Shown in pieces: positions 9,012 to 19,206 of a DNA stretch of 53,916 nucleotides (position 1 is the stretch's first letter; every line of letters starts with the position of its first letter). The notes beneath the pieces are model-generated. The model made no database searches. It was not told the DNA's origin and saw only the letters and a program-made list of their open reading frames with translations. The stretch spans positions 1-53,916 of the forward strand of contig JALTIG010000221.1 in NCBI GenBank assembly GCA_027004185.1, written 5' to 3'. Both the position numbers and the translations under genes were made by a program. This DNA is from a bacterium. GTDB taxonomy: Bacteria; Desulfobacterota; S145-22.

Positions 9012-10415
9012 TTATGACTTTTCCATCAAGTACTTATGTATAGCCTCAGCAGCTTTTCTCCCGGCGCCCATGGCTAGGATTACTGTGGCAGATCCTGTCA
9101 CAATGTCTCCCCCGGCATATACCCCTTCCATGGAGGTTTTGCCTGTTTCCGGATCAGCCTCGATGTATCCACGCCTATTGAGCTTGAGGTCCGGTGTCGT
9201 GCTTGGGATCAAGGGATTCGCACGGGTTCCGAGGGCTACGATAACCGTATCGCATTCCATCTCAAAGTTGGAACCTTCGATGGGGATAGGACGCCGTCGC
9301 CCGGATTCATCCGGTTCACCCAACTCCATTCGGATGCACTCCATACCCGTGACCCATCCTTCCTCATTGCCAATGAACTTTACGGGGTTAGTCAAAAGCT
9401 CGAATTGCACCCCTTCCTCTTCCGCGTGGTGAGCTTCTTCAGCCCTGGCAGGCATCTCCACACGAGAACGCCGATAAACAATTTTGACGGTTTCCGCTCC
9501 CAATCTTAAGGCAGTTCTGGCAGAATCCATAGCCACATTACCGGCACCAATTACAGCAACATTTTTCCCATGGGCTATGGGTGTGTCGTATTCGGGGAAT
9601 TTATAGGCTTTCATAAGATTGGACCTGGTAAGATACTCATTTGCTGAATAAATGCCGCAAAGATTCTCGCCGGGTATGTTGAGAAATAGAGGAAGCCCAG
9701 CACCCACCCCAAGGAAAACAGCGTCGTGATCTTCGAGGAGTTCATCAATTGTCGTGGTTTTCCCAACGACCACATCTGTTTCAATTTTTACACCCATTTT
9801 CTGGAGATAATCGACTTCTGCAGCCACAATTGACTTAGGGAGTCTGAACTCAGGTATTCCATATACCAGAACACCCCCTGGTTTGTGTAGGGCCTCGTAG
9901 ATGATGACCTCGTGTCCTTTTTTGATAAGGTCTCCGGCCAGTGTCAGACTGGCGGGACCCGAACCCACGACAGCCACGCGTTTGCCCGTTGGTGGGGCGA
10001 TTTCTGGGATTGTGACAAGATTGTGGTTTCTCTCGTAGTCTGCAGCAAACCTTTCCAGACGACCAATGGCAACAGGTTCACCCTTTTTCCCGAGGATACA
10101 CGTACTTTCGCATTGGTTCTCTTGAGGACAAACCCGTCCACAAACGGCGGGTAGACTGTTTTTGTTCTTTAATTGTCTCGCTGCGGCTGCAAAATCACCT
10201 TCAACAATATGCTTGATGAACTGAGGAATCTCTACTTCAACGGGACAACCTTTGACACATTGAGGTTTTTTACACTGCATGCACCGTTGGGCTTCCAGCT
10301 GAGCCAGCTTTTCATCATACCCGTAGGGGACTTCATCAAAATTATGCGCACGTACCTTTGGATCCTGCTCAGGCATAGCCTGCCGAGGGATCTTTTGTTT
10401 TTCTCTCTCTGCCAT
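9012..10415 (-). CDS. nfnB: NfnB / GltD-family NADPH-dependent oxidoreductase, large subunit (glutamate synthase small-chain-like)
   Basis: N-terminal Cys clusters CMQCKKPQCVKGCP and CGRVCPQENQCESTC, and two dinucleotide folds (VVGSGPASL, VIGAGNVAMD). Paired with a PyrK-like subunit upstream, as in NfnAB/SudAB. Confidence 0.75.
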   Translation of the reverse strand: MAEREKQKIPRQAMPEQDPKVRAHNFDEVPYGYDEKLAQLEAQRCMQCKKPQCVKGCPVEVEIPQFIKHIVEGDFAAAARQLKNKNSLPAVCGRVCPQENQCESTCILGKKGEPVAIGRLERFAADYERNHNLVTIPEIAPPTGKRVAVVGSGPASLTLAGDLIKKGHEVIIYEALHKPGGVLVYGIPEFRLPKSIVAAEVDYLQKMGVKIETDVVVGKTTTIDELLEDHDAVFLGVGAGLPLFLNIPGENLCGIYSANEYLTRSNLMKAYKFPEYDTPIAHGKNVAVIGAGNVAMDSARTALRLGAETVKIVYRRSRVEMPARAEEAHHAEEEGVQFELLTNPVKFIGNEEGWVTGMECIRMELGEPDESGRRRPIPIEGSNFEMECDTVIVALGTRANPLIPSTTPDLKLNRRGYIEADPETGKTSMEGVYAGGDIVTGSATVILAMGAGRKAAEAIHKYLMEKS

Positions 10416-10436
10416 TTAAAACTGCCTCCTTTTCTT

Positions 10437-11273
10437 CTATGCGTGCCTTTGTTTAAAAAGTTCATATGATTTCTTTTCCTTATCTGCATACATCCGGAGT
10501 CGCTTGGTGAGCTCGTCAAAGTCCACTTGATGCCCGTCGAATTCAGGTCCATCCACACAGACAAACCTGGTTTTCCCTCCAACGGTTACCCGGCATGAGC
10601 CGCACATTCCGGTGGCATCAACCATAATAGGGTTAAGACTGACGGTTGTGGGGACATTAAAAGGTTCCGTGGTCTTGCAGACAAAGCGCATCATGGGAAC
10701 AGGGCCAATTCCAACGACCATTTTGACGTCGTTTCTCTCTTCCAAGATCTGTTTCAATACATCAGTGACAAATCCATGATAACCGTAGCTCCCATCGTCA
10801 GTGGTTATTCTTAAGTCATCTGTCACCTCTCTCATCTCTTCTTCGAGGATTAACAGATCTTTTGTACGGGCACCAATGATTCCGATGACCTCGTTTCCAA
10901 TCTCCTTATATCCTCGAGTAATGGGATAGAGTACCGCTACGCCCGTTCCTCCTCCTACACAAATTACGGGACCGTCATATTTTTTAATGCGCGTGGGCAT
11001 TCCTAAGGGTCCAATAACATCCAACAAAGCATCTCCGGGCTCCAGCGTAGCCAGATGCGCTGTTGTTTTCCCCACAACCTGGAATATGAGGGTAAGTGTC
11101 CCCTTTTCCAAATTTAGTTTTGCCATGGTAAGAGGGATACGTTCCCCTTTTTCATCAATCCTTAAAACGATGAACTGACCAGGTTTCGCTCTTTTCACGA
11201 CACGGGGTGCTTCCACTTCCAGCTGGCACACTGTTCCTTCCGCCATCACCTTTTTATCGACTATTTTGTACAA
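10437..11273 (-). CDS. nfnA: NfnA / PyrK-like FAD-NAD(P)- and [2Fe-2S]-binding subunit
   Basis: 278 aa with a ferredoxin-reductase-type fold (VCVGGGTGVAV) and a C-terminal Cys cluster (MCGSCRV, FVCVDGP). TTG start with AAGGAGGG 6 nt upstream. Confidence 0.75.
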   Translation of the reverse strand: MYKIVDKKVMAEGTVCQLEVEAPRVVKRAKPGQFIVLRIDEKGERIPLTMAKLNLEKGTLTLIFQVVGKTTAHLATLEPGDALLDVIGPLGMPTRIKKYDGPVICVGGGTGVAVLYPITRGYKEIGNEVIGIIGARTKDLLILEEEMREVTDDLRITTDDGSYGYHGFVTDVLKQILEERNDVKMVVGIGPVPMMRFVCKTTEPFNVPTTVSLNPIMVDATGMCGSCRVTVGGKTRFVCVDGPEFDGHQVDFDELTKRLRMYADKEKKSYELFKQRHA

Positions 11274-11644
11274 GTTAAACCCTCCTTATTTTGTTAAAAT
11301 TATCACATAGTTGCCTGAATGAAACAGGCGGATTGACCTTTTTAACCCCTTAAAAGGGACAGTCTCCGGAAGAATTTTAAAGCGTTATGGGCATTAAAAG
11401 CGGATCCATCAATATTTACAACTATCCCCTCATTCAAAATCATTACACCTATATGTATCACCTTTTTAGTCCTTTCAAAAACTTGTATAATTATGTTAAT
11501 TTGCCATATCTGTCTGATTGTCCCTTCAACCTTTATCAGGTGGCATTACTACCACATCTTTCCTGATCTGTCAATTTAAAAGATTTCACAGAATAGGGAT
11601 TCACTGAAGGTAAAGGGAGGGGTTTCTTATTTGGATGTGCAAAC

Positions 11645-13063
11645 CTATTCCATACGGTATTTTTCTAACTTGTAACGGAAAGAGCGAAAGGACATACCTA
11701 CAAGACGGGCAGCTTCAATCTTTTTCCCCTGGCAACGGTTGAGGGCTTCTTTTAAATATTGCTTTTCAATCTCCTCGAGCAAATCGGGAAGATTGACCCC
11801 CTCATTTGGAAAGTTGCATGTGTAAAAAGAGTCTGATCCCTCGGATTCCCCGGGACCAGAAATCTCCTCTTTTGTTTCAAAGGCTTCAGGTAAGATAATG
11901 TTGGAGTTCTGTATTGCAACGGCACGTTCTACCATGTTTTCAAGTTCCCTGACATTCCCAGGAAAGTTATAATTTTCCAGTTCCTTCAGGATGAATGAAG
12001 AGATGGATATAGGTTTGGTCTGATATTTTGTTGAAAATTTTTTAATGAAATATTCAAGTAGTAGAGGAATATCTTCCTTTCGCTCTCTTAACGGCGGCAC
12101 ATGGATTCGCAAAACATTAAGGCGGAAGAAAAGGTCTTCACGGAAGCGTTTTTCAATCACCTCTTTCTCAATATCCCTATTCGTTGCTGAGATGACCTGG
12201 ACATCCACATGGATATCCCGACTATCTCCCAGTCTCCGAAAGGTTTGGTCTTGGAGGACCCGTAAAAGTTTAACCTGAAGGGTCATGGGAAGTTCACCAA
12301 TTTCATCAAGAAAAAGGATGCCACCATTTGCCGTTTCGAAGAGCCCTGCTTTGTCTTTTATGGCACCGGTAAATGCCCCCCTTTTATATCCGAACAGTTC
12401 ACTTTCCAGGAGGTTTTCGGGAATGCCGCCACAATTAACAGGGATAAAAGGACTTTTGGGATCCTGCAGGTAGTGGATAGATCTAGCTACAACTTCCTTC
12501 CCCACACCGCTTTCCCCGGTGATGAGAATAGGCGAGCGGGTTTTAGAAACACGGATAATTGTATCCATAAGGTTTCGCATCGGTTTGCTTGAGCCAATAA
12601 TTCCAAGGTCATCAATGGAAGCCGACAATTGCCGTTTAAGTTTCAGATTTTCTTCTTTAAGGATTTGGTGCTCAAGGGCGTTTTTTATCACAAGCCTGAT
12701 CTCATCGATCTTGAAGGGTTTACTGATATAATCATAGGCTCCAAGCTTCATGCCTTCGACCGCCGTTTCATTGGAGGCGTAAGCTGTGATGAGAACAACC
12801 ATACTCCGTGGTGATTTTTCCTGTATAAGCCGTAGCAATTCCAACCCTGAAATATCCGGCATTTTGATGTCAGAAATAATCAGAGAGTAAAAGGTCTTAT
12901 CTATCTTGTCTAATGCTTCACGTCCACCAGAAGCTGTATCTACATTGTAACCTTCCTTCGTCAGGAGAATTTCAAGCATGGTTTGAATATTTTTTTCATC
13001 ATCAACCACGAGGATCCTGTGTTGTGAAGTAATAGGGATAGTCATAGAGTGGGCTCCCTTCAA
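11645..13063 (-). CDS. pilR: sigma-54-dependent response regulator, PilR-type
   Basis: Receiver domain (ILVVDDE, DIKMPD), AAA+ activator domain ([14 protein letters not shown]) and a C-terminal Fis-type HTH. ATGA overlap with the upstream kinase. The position after pilS matches the pilSR arrangement. Confidence 0.85.
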   Translation of the reverse strand: MKGAHSMTIPITSQHRILVVDDEKNIQTMLEILLTKEGYNVDTASGGREALDKIDKTFYSLIISDIKMPDISGLELLRLIQEKSPRSMVVLITAYASNETAVEGMKLGAYDYISKPFKIDEIRLVIKNALEHQILKEENLKLKRQLSASIDDLGIIGSSKPMRNLMDTIIRVSKTRSPILITGESGVGKEVVARSIHYLQDPKSPFIPVNCGGIPENLLESELFGYKRGAFTGAIKDKAGLFETANGGILFLDEIGELPMTLQVKLLRVLQDQTFRRLGDSRDIHVDVQVISATNRDIEKEVIEKRFREDLFFRLNVLRIHVPPLRERKEDIPLLLEYFIKKFSTKYQTKPISISSFILKELENYNFPGNVRELENMVERAVAIQNSNIILPEAFETKEEISGPGESEGSDSFYTCNFPNEGVNLPDLLEEIEKQYLKEALNRCQGKKIEAARLVGMSFRSFRYKLEKYRME

Positions 13064-14751
13064 ACAGGCAATGTAATTTTGAACATCGTTCCGATTCCCT
13101 CCTTTGAATGGACCGTGAGAGTTCCGCCAAGAGCACTTACAATTTGGTAAGCAATGGAGAGTCCAAGGCCGGTTCCCTCGGGTCGTGTTGTAAAGAAGGG
13201 TTCGAATATCCTTTCGATGTTAGAGCTGGGGATCCCTTTCCCATTGTCCTGAATAGTGATGGTGTAAAATTGTATATCCGACATGCTGGAGGACCTTTTT
13301 TTTGAAAGGGTTCCTTTAACGACGATATTTAGTTCTGGTTTATCTTTCGATTGAACGGCATTGGTAAGGATGTTCCAAAAAACCTGCTTAAGACGATCTC
13401 TATCGCTTTGGATAATAAAATCTTCGGGGAGTTTATTACTGAAGTGGATATCGCCGTCATCGTTTTCTTTTTTAAGTACGGATACGATCTCTTCAATGAG
13501 TAGGTAGGGGTTTACCCGTTGGAAGTTCTCCTTTCCAAATCTGGAAAATTGGAGGAAATCGCTGACCAGCCGGTTCAGACGATCAGTTTCCCTCAAAACG
13601 ATATCTAACAGTTTCTTGTCGGTTCCTTCCGGGTGAAGGGAATCTCTTAATATCTGGATTGAGCCACTGAGCGAGGTCAAGGGATTTCTGATTTCATGGG
13701 CAAGAGCGGCGGCAAAACGCCCGACGGTTGCCAGTTTTTCAGATTCATTAACCCTCCTCTCCATGGCTTTGAAGCTGGTAAGATCTTGAAATATAATAAT
13801 ATTTCCTGAGGATTTACCCTCAGACTCAAGCAAGGTTGAAACGGAAAAGCCAATAATCTTGGTTCCGGAGTCGGGGCTTTCGTATGTTACCGTATAATGA
13901 TGGGATGGTTCCTGAGTAGTTGTCGGTGTATGGAGATGCTTCGCTAAGGCGGGAAAGACCTCGTGGATCTGTCGGTTCATTAACGATGAGTCATCCCTTT
14001 CCAAGATCCTTTTACCTGCATTGTTGACATAGATGATTCTTTCCTGTGGGTCGATCGTCAAGATACCACTCACAATGCTTTGGAGAACGTTTTCATTGAA
14101 ACGCTCCAAGGATTGATATGCCTTAGTCTTTTCAAAGAGCTGAATCTTCCTCTTTTGCAGCTCGTTGGATAAGATGCTTGTTAAGATTGCTACACCCCAA
14201 AGGGAAATCGTGTGAATACCTAATTTGTAAACGACGAATCGGTTTAGCCAGAGGTGATAGAAAAGGTTTCCTTGAAATAAAATATCCGCGGGTATTGTTT
14301 TCAGGAGAACACTGAATAGGAACAGAGTGGTAAATGCTACGATAATAAAAAGTTTTTTACGATCAAGAAATAATGCACCGGCAATAATGGAGAAAAAATA
14401 GAGAAAAACAAAGATGCTTTCAACACCACCACTGATGTAAACGAAAGCCGTTGTGAATAGGGTATCGAGCAGGATCTGAGAGAAGATAAACCACTGAGAA
14501 TCCTTTAATCTTTTGATGAGCAGAACACACACAAGGGAATAAAAATAGAGGATGGAAATTAGAAGATAGACCTGCATATTGGAAGGGATTCTAAGAATAG
14601 CTCTCCCTTGCACTGAGATAAGGAGCGAACTGCCCAAAACAATGGTGGCAACAAGGAGCCGTCCAAATCCAAGGACAAATAGGTGTTTACCGATAGCCGG
14701 AGGGGAAGGCCCTATAGAATTGGGTAGAGATGGCACCTTAACGGATGGCAT
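13060..14751 (-). CDS. pilS: sensor histidine kinase, PilS-type (polytopic N-terminus, PAS, HisKA, HATPase)
   Basis: About six hydrophobic helices, then the H-box AHEIRNPL and G-boxes (DNGKGI, GTGLGLS). The ORF-track start at 14892 lies 154 nt inside pilC. I prefer Met-48 (ATG 14751, MPSVKV). The start is uncertain. Confidence 0.8.
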   Translation of the reverse strand: MPSVKVPSLPNSIGPSPPAIGKHLFVLGFGRLLVATIVLGSSLLISVQGRAILRIPSNMQVYLLISILYFYSLVCVLLIKRLKDSQWFIFSQILLDTLFTTAFVYISGGVESIFVFLYFFSIIAGALFLDRKKLFIIVAFTTLFLFSVLLKTIPADILFQGNLFYHLWLNRFVVYKLGIHTISLWGVAILTSILSNELQKRKIQLFEKTKAYQSLERFNENVLQSIVSGILTIDPQERIIYVNNAGKRILERDDSSLMNRQIHEVFPALAKHLHTPTTTQEPSHHYTVTYESPDSGTKIIGFSVSTLLESEGKSSGNIIIFQDLTSFKAMERRVNESEKLATVGRFAAALAHEIRNPLTSLSGSIQILRDSLHPEGTDKKLLDIVLRETDRLNRLVSDFLQFSRFGKENFQRVNPYLLIEEIVSVLKKENDDGDIHFSNKLPEDFIIQSDRDRLKQVFWNILTNAVQSKDKPELNIVVKGTLSKKRSSSMSDIQFYTITIQDNGKGIPSSNIERIFEPFFTTRPEGTGLGLSIAYQIVSALGGTLTVHSKEGIGTMFKITLPV

Positions 14752-15940
14752 TTGCCATTTGAAAAATAGGAAGATACATTGCAATAACGATGGTACCCAC
14801 GACACCACCCAAAAAGACGACCATGACAGGTTCCAGCAGAGACGTAAGCCCTGCCACAGCGGTGTCAACCTCATCCTCATAAAAGTCTGCAATCTTATTC
14901 AGCATCTGATCCAATGCGCCGGTACTTTCCCCGGCAGCGATCATCTGGGTCACCATGGGGGGGAATACCTTGCTCCGAGTAAGAGGCACCGATATATTTT
15001 CACCGGAACCGATGCCTTCGCGTGCTTCCAAAATGGCATCTTCGATAAGTTTATTCCCTGAGGTTTTCGCAACTATTTGGAGTCCGTCCAGAATTGGAAC
15101 GCCACTAGTCATTAGAGCGCTTAGAGTCCTGGTAAAGCGAGCAACGGCTACTTTTCTCAGCAAGATACCGAAGATTGGCAGCCTGAGAAGCATTCGGTCA
15201 TAAGCCTTTTTCCCCTGATTTGTGCTTCGAATTTTACGGATGAGAAAGATGATGAGGATGAACCCAATGATGACATATAGAATATGGGTCCGGGTGAATC
15301 TGCTGAGATCAACAACAAACTGTGTGAGGGTAGGGAGCGGCTGACCGGCCTCCCGAAACATTCTTTCAAAGGTAGGAATGACAAAAACCATCAGAATTCC
15401 TACTACAACAAAGGCGACAAAGGTAACGATCATAGGATACATCAGGGCAGATTTTACCTTTCGTCGAAGAGCCTCTGTCTTCTCGATGAAAACTGCCAGA
15501 CGGTTCAGAATTGCATCTAAGGTTCCAGATTCTTCACCGGCGATCACCATATTAACATAGAGGTCATTAAAGGCCTTCGGGTGTTTTTTCAGGGCGGCGG
15601 CAAAGGTCATTCCGGATTCAACGTCTACCTTCACCTGAGAGAGGATTTCTTTAAAGCCAGTGCTTTCTTCTTGCTCCGCCAAGATATCAAGGGACTGGAC
15701 AAGGGGGAGACCTGCATCGATCATTGTGGCAAGCTGACGTGTGAAAACAGCGAGGTTTTTTGCTTTCACTCTGGGTTTAAAGATAGCAATACCTTTTCTT
15801 TCCCGAAACCTTTTCACCTTGGTCGGAATGATCCGCTGATGTCGCAGTTCTTCCTTTAAGGTATTGACGTCGGGGGCTTCCATAACACCAGCACGCGTCC
15901 CCCCTCCAGGAACCTTCCCCTCCCATTTATATTTTGGCAT
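14738..15940 (-). CDS. pilC: type IV pilus platform protein PilC (GspF family)
   Basis: 400 aa with two GspF-type repeats and three TM segments. Sits between pilT and pilS. Confidence 0.9.
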   Translation of the reverse strand: MPKYKWEGKVPGGGTRAGVMEAPDVNTLKEELRHQRIIPTKVKRFRERKGIAIFKPRVKAKNLAVFTRQLATMIDAGLPLVQSLDILAEQEESTGFKEILSQVKVDVESGMTFAAALKKHPKAFNDLYVNMVIAGEESGTLDAILNRLAVFIEKTEALRRKVKSALMYPMIVTFVAFVVVGILMVFVIPTFERMFREAGQPLPTLTQFVVDLSRFTRTHILYVIIGFILIIFLIRKIRSTNQGKKAYDRMLLRLPIFGILLRKVAVARFTRTLSALMTSGVPILDGLQIVAKTSGNKLIEDAILEAREGIGSGENISVPLTRSKVFPPMVTQMIAAGESTGALDQMLNKIADFYEDEVDTAVAGLTSLLEPVMVVFLGGVVGTIVIAMYLPIFQMANAIR

Positions 15941-15949
15941 CCTGTTCTC

Positions 15950-17038
15950 CTAACGCCTGTAGTTCCGTTGGGATTTGTTTAATCCCATCATCTGTTTCAG
16001 TTCGTCGATGTTGGGGCTTCTCGCCAGGGCTTCTTTAGTGGTGATAAGCCCTTTCTGTGAGAGGATTAGAAGGGATTGATTCATGGTTTGCATACCATAC
16101 TTCGATTGACCAAGCTGCATCTGGGAGTATATCTGGTGGATCTTTCCTTCCCTGATAAGGTTTCGAATAGCAGGATTGGGGATCAAAATCTCGATGCCAA
16201 GGCATCGCCCGCTTCCATTCGCTTTTGGGATTAATTGTTGGGTGAGAATTCCTTCAAGGACGAAGGAAAGTTGGGCACGGATTTGGGATTGCTGATAAGG
16301 GGGGAAAACATCGATGATCCGGTTAACGGTTTCAATTGCGGAGTTCGTGTGCAAGGTTGCGAATGTGAGGTGGCCCGTTTCTGCAATGACGAGGGCCGTT
16401 TCAATTGTTTCTAGGTCGCGCATTTCGCCGATTAGAATGATATCGGGGTCCTGTCGGAGCACGTGTTTCAAGGCCTGGGCAAATCCCTTTGTATCTGAAT
16501 TGACTTCCCTCTGGTTGACGAGGCTATTTTTATGTCGATGAAGGTATTCAATGGGGTCCTCAATGGTAATGATATGGGCGTGCCGTTCCTCATTAAGTCG
16601 ATCGATCATTGAGGCCAGCGTGGTTGATTTTCCACTGCCTGTAGGACCGGTTACGAGAATTAGCCCTTTTGGTTTGTGAATCAGGTCTTCAACAACGGGC
16701 GGGAGCCCCAGTTCAAGGAATGACATGAATTTATATGGGATAGCACGAAAGGCACCGGCCACTGCGCCGCGCTGGACAAAGAGATTTCCCCTGAAGCGGC
16801 AGACATTTTTTATCCCGAAAGAGAAATCCAACTCATTTTCCTCTTCGAAACGTTTGCGTTGCGTTTCGGTCAGGACACTGTAACACAATCTTTGGGAGTC
16901 TGAGGGTGTCAGTGGAGGGATGTTCAAGGGTACGAGGCTTCCGTCAATCCTAAGTTGAGGAGGAGCCCCGGTTGTAATGTGGAGATCCGTTGCCCCTCTG
17001 TTAAACATCTCAACCAGCAACTGTTTTAAATCAAGCAT
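15950..17038 (-). CDS. pilT: type IV pilus retraction ATPase PilT
   Basis: 362 aa with Walker A GPTGSGKST, the AIRNLIREGK PilT signature and no N-terminal T2SSE_N domain. Confidence 0.9.
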   Translation of the reverse strand: MLDLKQLLVEMFNRGATDLHITTGAPPQLRIDGSLVPLNIPPLTPSDSQRLCYSVLTETQRKRFEEENELDFSFGIKNVCRFRGNLFVQRGAVAGAFRAIPYKFMSFLELGLPPVVEDLIHKPKGLILVTGPTGSGKSTTLASMIDRLNEERHAHIITIEDPIEYLHRHKNSLVNQREVNSDTKGFAQALKHVLRQDPDIILIGEMRDLETIETALVIAETGHLTFATLHTNSAIETVNRIIDVFPPYQQSQIRAQLSFVLEGILTQQLIPKANGSGRCLGIEILIPNPAIRNLIREGKIHQIYSQMQLGQSKYGMQTMNQSLLILSQKGLITTKEALARSPNIDELKQMMGLNKSQRNYRR

Positions 17039-17052
17039 CTTTGTAAGTCCAT

Positions 17053-18858
17053 TTATTGGTCCTCAGGAGTAACTCTCAATGCTTCTTCCAAAGTGGTAAT
17101 TCCGTCCATTACTTTTAGGAGAGCATTCTGACGCAAGGTTCTCATCCCAAGCTCAATGGCGCGTTTTTTTACCTCGAGTCCCGAAGCTCTTTTTAGAGTT
17201 AATGTCTTGAGCTCGTCCAGGAAAGGCATGATTTCAAATACGGAGATTCTACCTCTGTAACCCGTATCGTCACAATAGGGACATCCCTTGCCTTTATAGC
17301 AGGTGAAGGTGCCGATTTTATTTTTAGGGACACCTGCCTCGATAAGAGATTCTTCAGGTATTTCGACAGGCTCCTTACAATGTTCGCAAACCCTTCGCAT
17401 AAGACGCTGGGCCAGAACCAGTGAAACAGAAGAGGTGACAAGAAAGGGTTCTATACCCATTTCGATCAGACGGGTGACTGCGCTGGGGGCATCGTTTGTG
17501 TGTAGTGTTGAGAGCACCAGATGACCCGTGAGTGCGGCCTGAATAGCGATCTGAGATGTTTCCAAGTCGCGTATTTCTCCCACCATGATGATGTCTGGAT
17601 CTTGACGTAGAAAGGATCTAAGGGCGGAAGCGAAGGTCAATCCGATATCCTCGTGAATCTGAACCTGGTTAATCCCCGCAAAGTTATATTCAACCGGGTC
17701 TTCCGCTGTCATGATATTGTCTGTTTCTTTGTTCAGATCCATCAGGGCTGAGTAGAGCGTTGTAGTTTTACCACTTCCCGTCGGTCCTGTGACAAGTATC
17801 ATCCCTACGGGCTGGTGGATGGCGTTTTTAAAAAGTTGCAACTCATCTTTTTCAAATCCCAGTTTGGTCATATCTAACTGGAGAGATGATTTGTCCAAGA
17901 GTCGGAGAACAATTTTTTCTCCGTACAGGGTTGGTGTGGTAGAGACTCGGAAGTCGACCTCTTTGGTCCGTCCCAATTTGAGCTTGATCCTTCCATCCTG
18001 AGGCAGACGGCGTTCCGCTATGTCTAATTGGGCCATAATCTTCAGCCTCGAGATGATGGGATTTTTTATCTTCAGAGGCAATATCATTGCCTTTCTTAAT
18101 ACACCGTCGATCCTGTAACGTACACGAAACTGCTTTTCATAAGGTTCAAAATGGATATCGCTGACGCCCTCTTTGATGGCCTTAACAAGAATCCCATTAA
18201 CAAGCTTAATAAGGGGTGCATCAATTTCCTTAGTGATATCTACAGAACTTTCTTCTCTTTTCTCTTCAACAACCTGCACTTCACTGATTGCGCCAGATAC
18301 CAAGGCATCAAAGTCATCTATGTCAATAACCTCTTCCTCTTCCTCCTGGAAGATGGATTGATCTTCACCGATACCTTCCAGGGAATAATCCTTTGCGTCG
18401 AAGTTTGTAACCCCTTTGCCTGCAATTTCACCCCCACCACCGTAATAACGTTTAATGGCGCGTATAAGCTCTGATTCGGAACAGAGTTGCATGGAGACAT
18501 TATATCCCGTCATGAATTCTATTTCCTCTGCGAGAATGAGGTTTGTTGGGTCTGATATGGCGATGGTGAGTTTGGGGCCTTTTCGCTCAACAGGGAGGAT
18601 AAGATATTTTTTTGCAATGCGCTCAGGGATGAGTTTCAAAACATCTTTAGGGATCTGGATGTTTCCCAGCTTAATGATGGGAAGATGGTAAAGCTCACCA
18701 AGGAATTTCAGGAGCTTTTTTTCATCTACATAACCAAGTTTAACCAGGTTAGAGCGGAGAGATCCTCCGTTTTGTCTTAGGGTTTGAAGTGCCTTTTCAA
18801 GTTCTTCTCTCGTTAGGAGTTTTGATTTAACTAACGCTTCTCCTAAATCAATCGCCAT
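17053..18858 (-). CDS. pilB: type IV pilus assembly ATPase PilB (GspE family)
   Basis: 601 aa with N-terminal T2SSE_N-type helical repeats (LGEALVKSKLLTREELEKAL), Walker A GPTGSGKTT and a tetracysteine motif CEHC...CPYC. Confidence 0.9.
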   Translation of the reverse strand: MAIDLGEALVKSKLLTREELEKALQTLRQNGGSLRSNLVKLGYVDEKKLLKFLGELYHLPIIKLGNIQIPKDVLKLIPERIAKKYLILPVERKGPKLTIAISDPTNLILAEEIEFMTGYNVSMQLCSESELIRAIKRYYGGGGEIAGKGVTNFDAKDYSLEGIGEDQSIFQEEEEEVIDIDDFDALVSGAISEVQVVEEKREESSVDITKEIDAPLIKLVNGILVKAIKEGVSDIHFEPYEKQFRVRYRIDGVLRKAMILPLKIKNPIISRLKIMAQLDIAERRLPQDGRIKLKLGRTKEVDFRVSTTPTLYGEKIVLRLLDKSSLQLDMTKLGFEKDELQLFKNAIHQPVGMILVTGPTGSGKTTTLYSALMDLNKETDNIMTAEDPVEYNFAGINQVQIHEDIGLTFASALRSFLRQDPDIIMVGEIRDLETSQIAIQAALTGHLVLSTLHTNDAPSAVTRLIEMGIEPFLVTSSVSLVLAQRLMRRVCEHCKEPVEIPEESLIEAGVPKNKIGTFTCYKGKGCPYCDDTGYRGRISVFEIMPFLDELKTLTLKRASGLEVKKRAIELGMRTLRQNALLKVMDGITTLEEALRVTPEDQ

Positions 18859-19144
18859 GTAAAGGTCCTCACCTGAAAACTTATGCCTTTAACTGATTGG
18901 ATACCTATCTTATATTTGTCTGTTTATTCTACATTATCCAGACCAAAAATCAAGCAATCCTTCGTGGACTTGGAAAAAGTGATACATATCTTCCAAGAGT
19001 TTATGTTGGAAGATTACTGAATTTCTTGGTTTAACACGATAAGTAATACTGAGTTGACATCATTATGTAGTGCTTATATCAATAACAATTGTAGTAAAAA
19101 AATAAAAAAATGGCAAATTTTCTTATTTGTGAGGGATATTTTTG

Positions 19145-19173
19145 TTGACTTCAAGATATTGAAGTGATACTAA
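19145..19173 (+). promoter_or_regulatory. candidate sigma-70 promoter for the glutamate dehydrogenase gene, with an embedded palindrome
   Basis: TTGACT (19145-19150), a 17-bp spacer, then TACTAA (19168-19173). The spacer contains CTTCAA-gata-TTGAAG. The -10 match is weak (3/6). Confidence 0.3.
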
Positions 19174-19206
19174 GTGAGTAAGATAAACCCATGAAAGGAG
19201 AAAAAT

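Noticed and set aside
11490-11510. TGGCAA on the minus strand downstream of pilR, as a possible sigma-54 (-24/-12) promoter for a pilin
   Set aside because: There is no GC dinucleotide at the required 10-nt spacing from the GG, and no pilin-like ORF follows.
14579-15061. 160-aa plus-strand ORF across the pilC/pilS junction
   Set aside because: It is antisense to two motif-supported genes and is a shadow ORF.
18883-19017. 44-codon plus-strand ORF in the pilB-gdh spacer (MPLTDWIPILYLSVY...)
   Set aside because: It has no SD and lies in an AT-rich region where such ORFs arise by chance. Nothing supports it.
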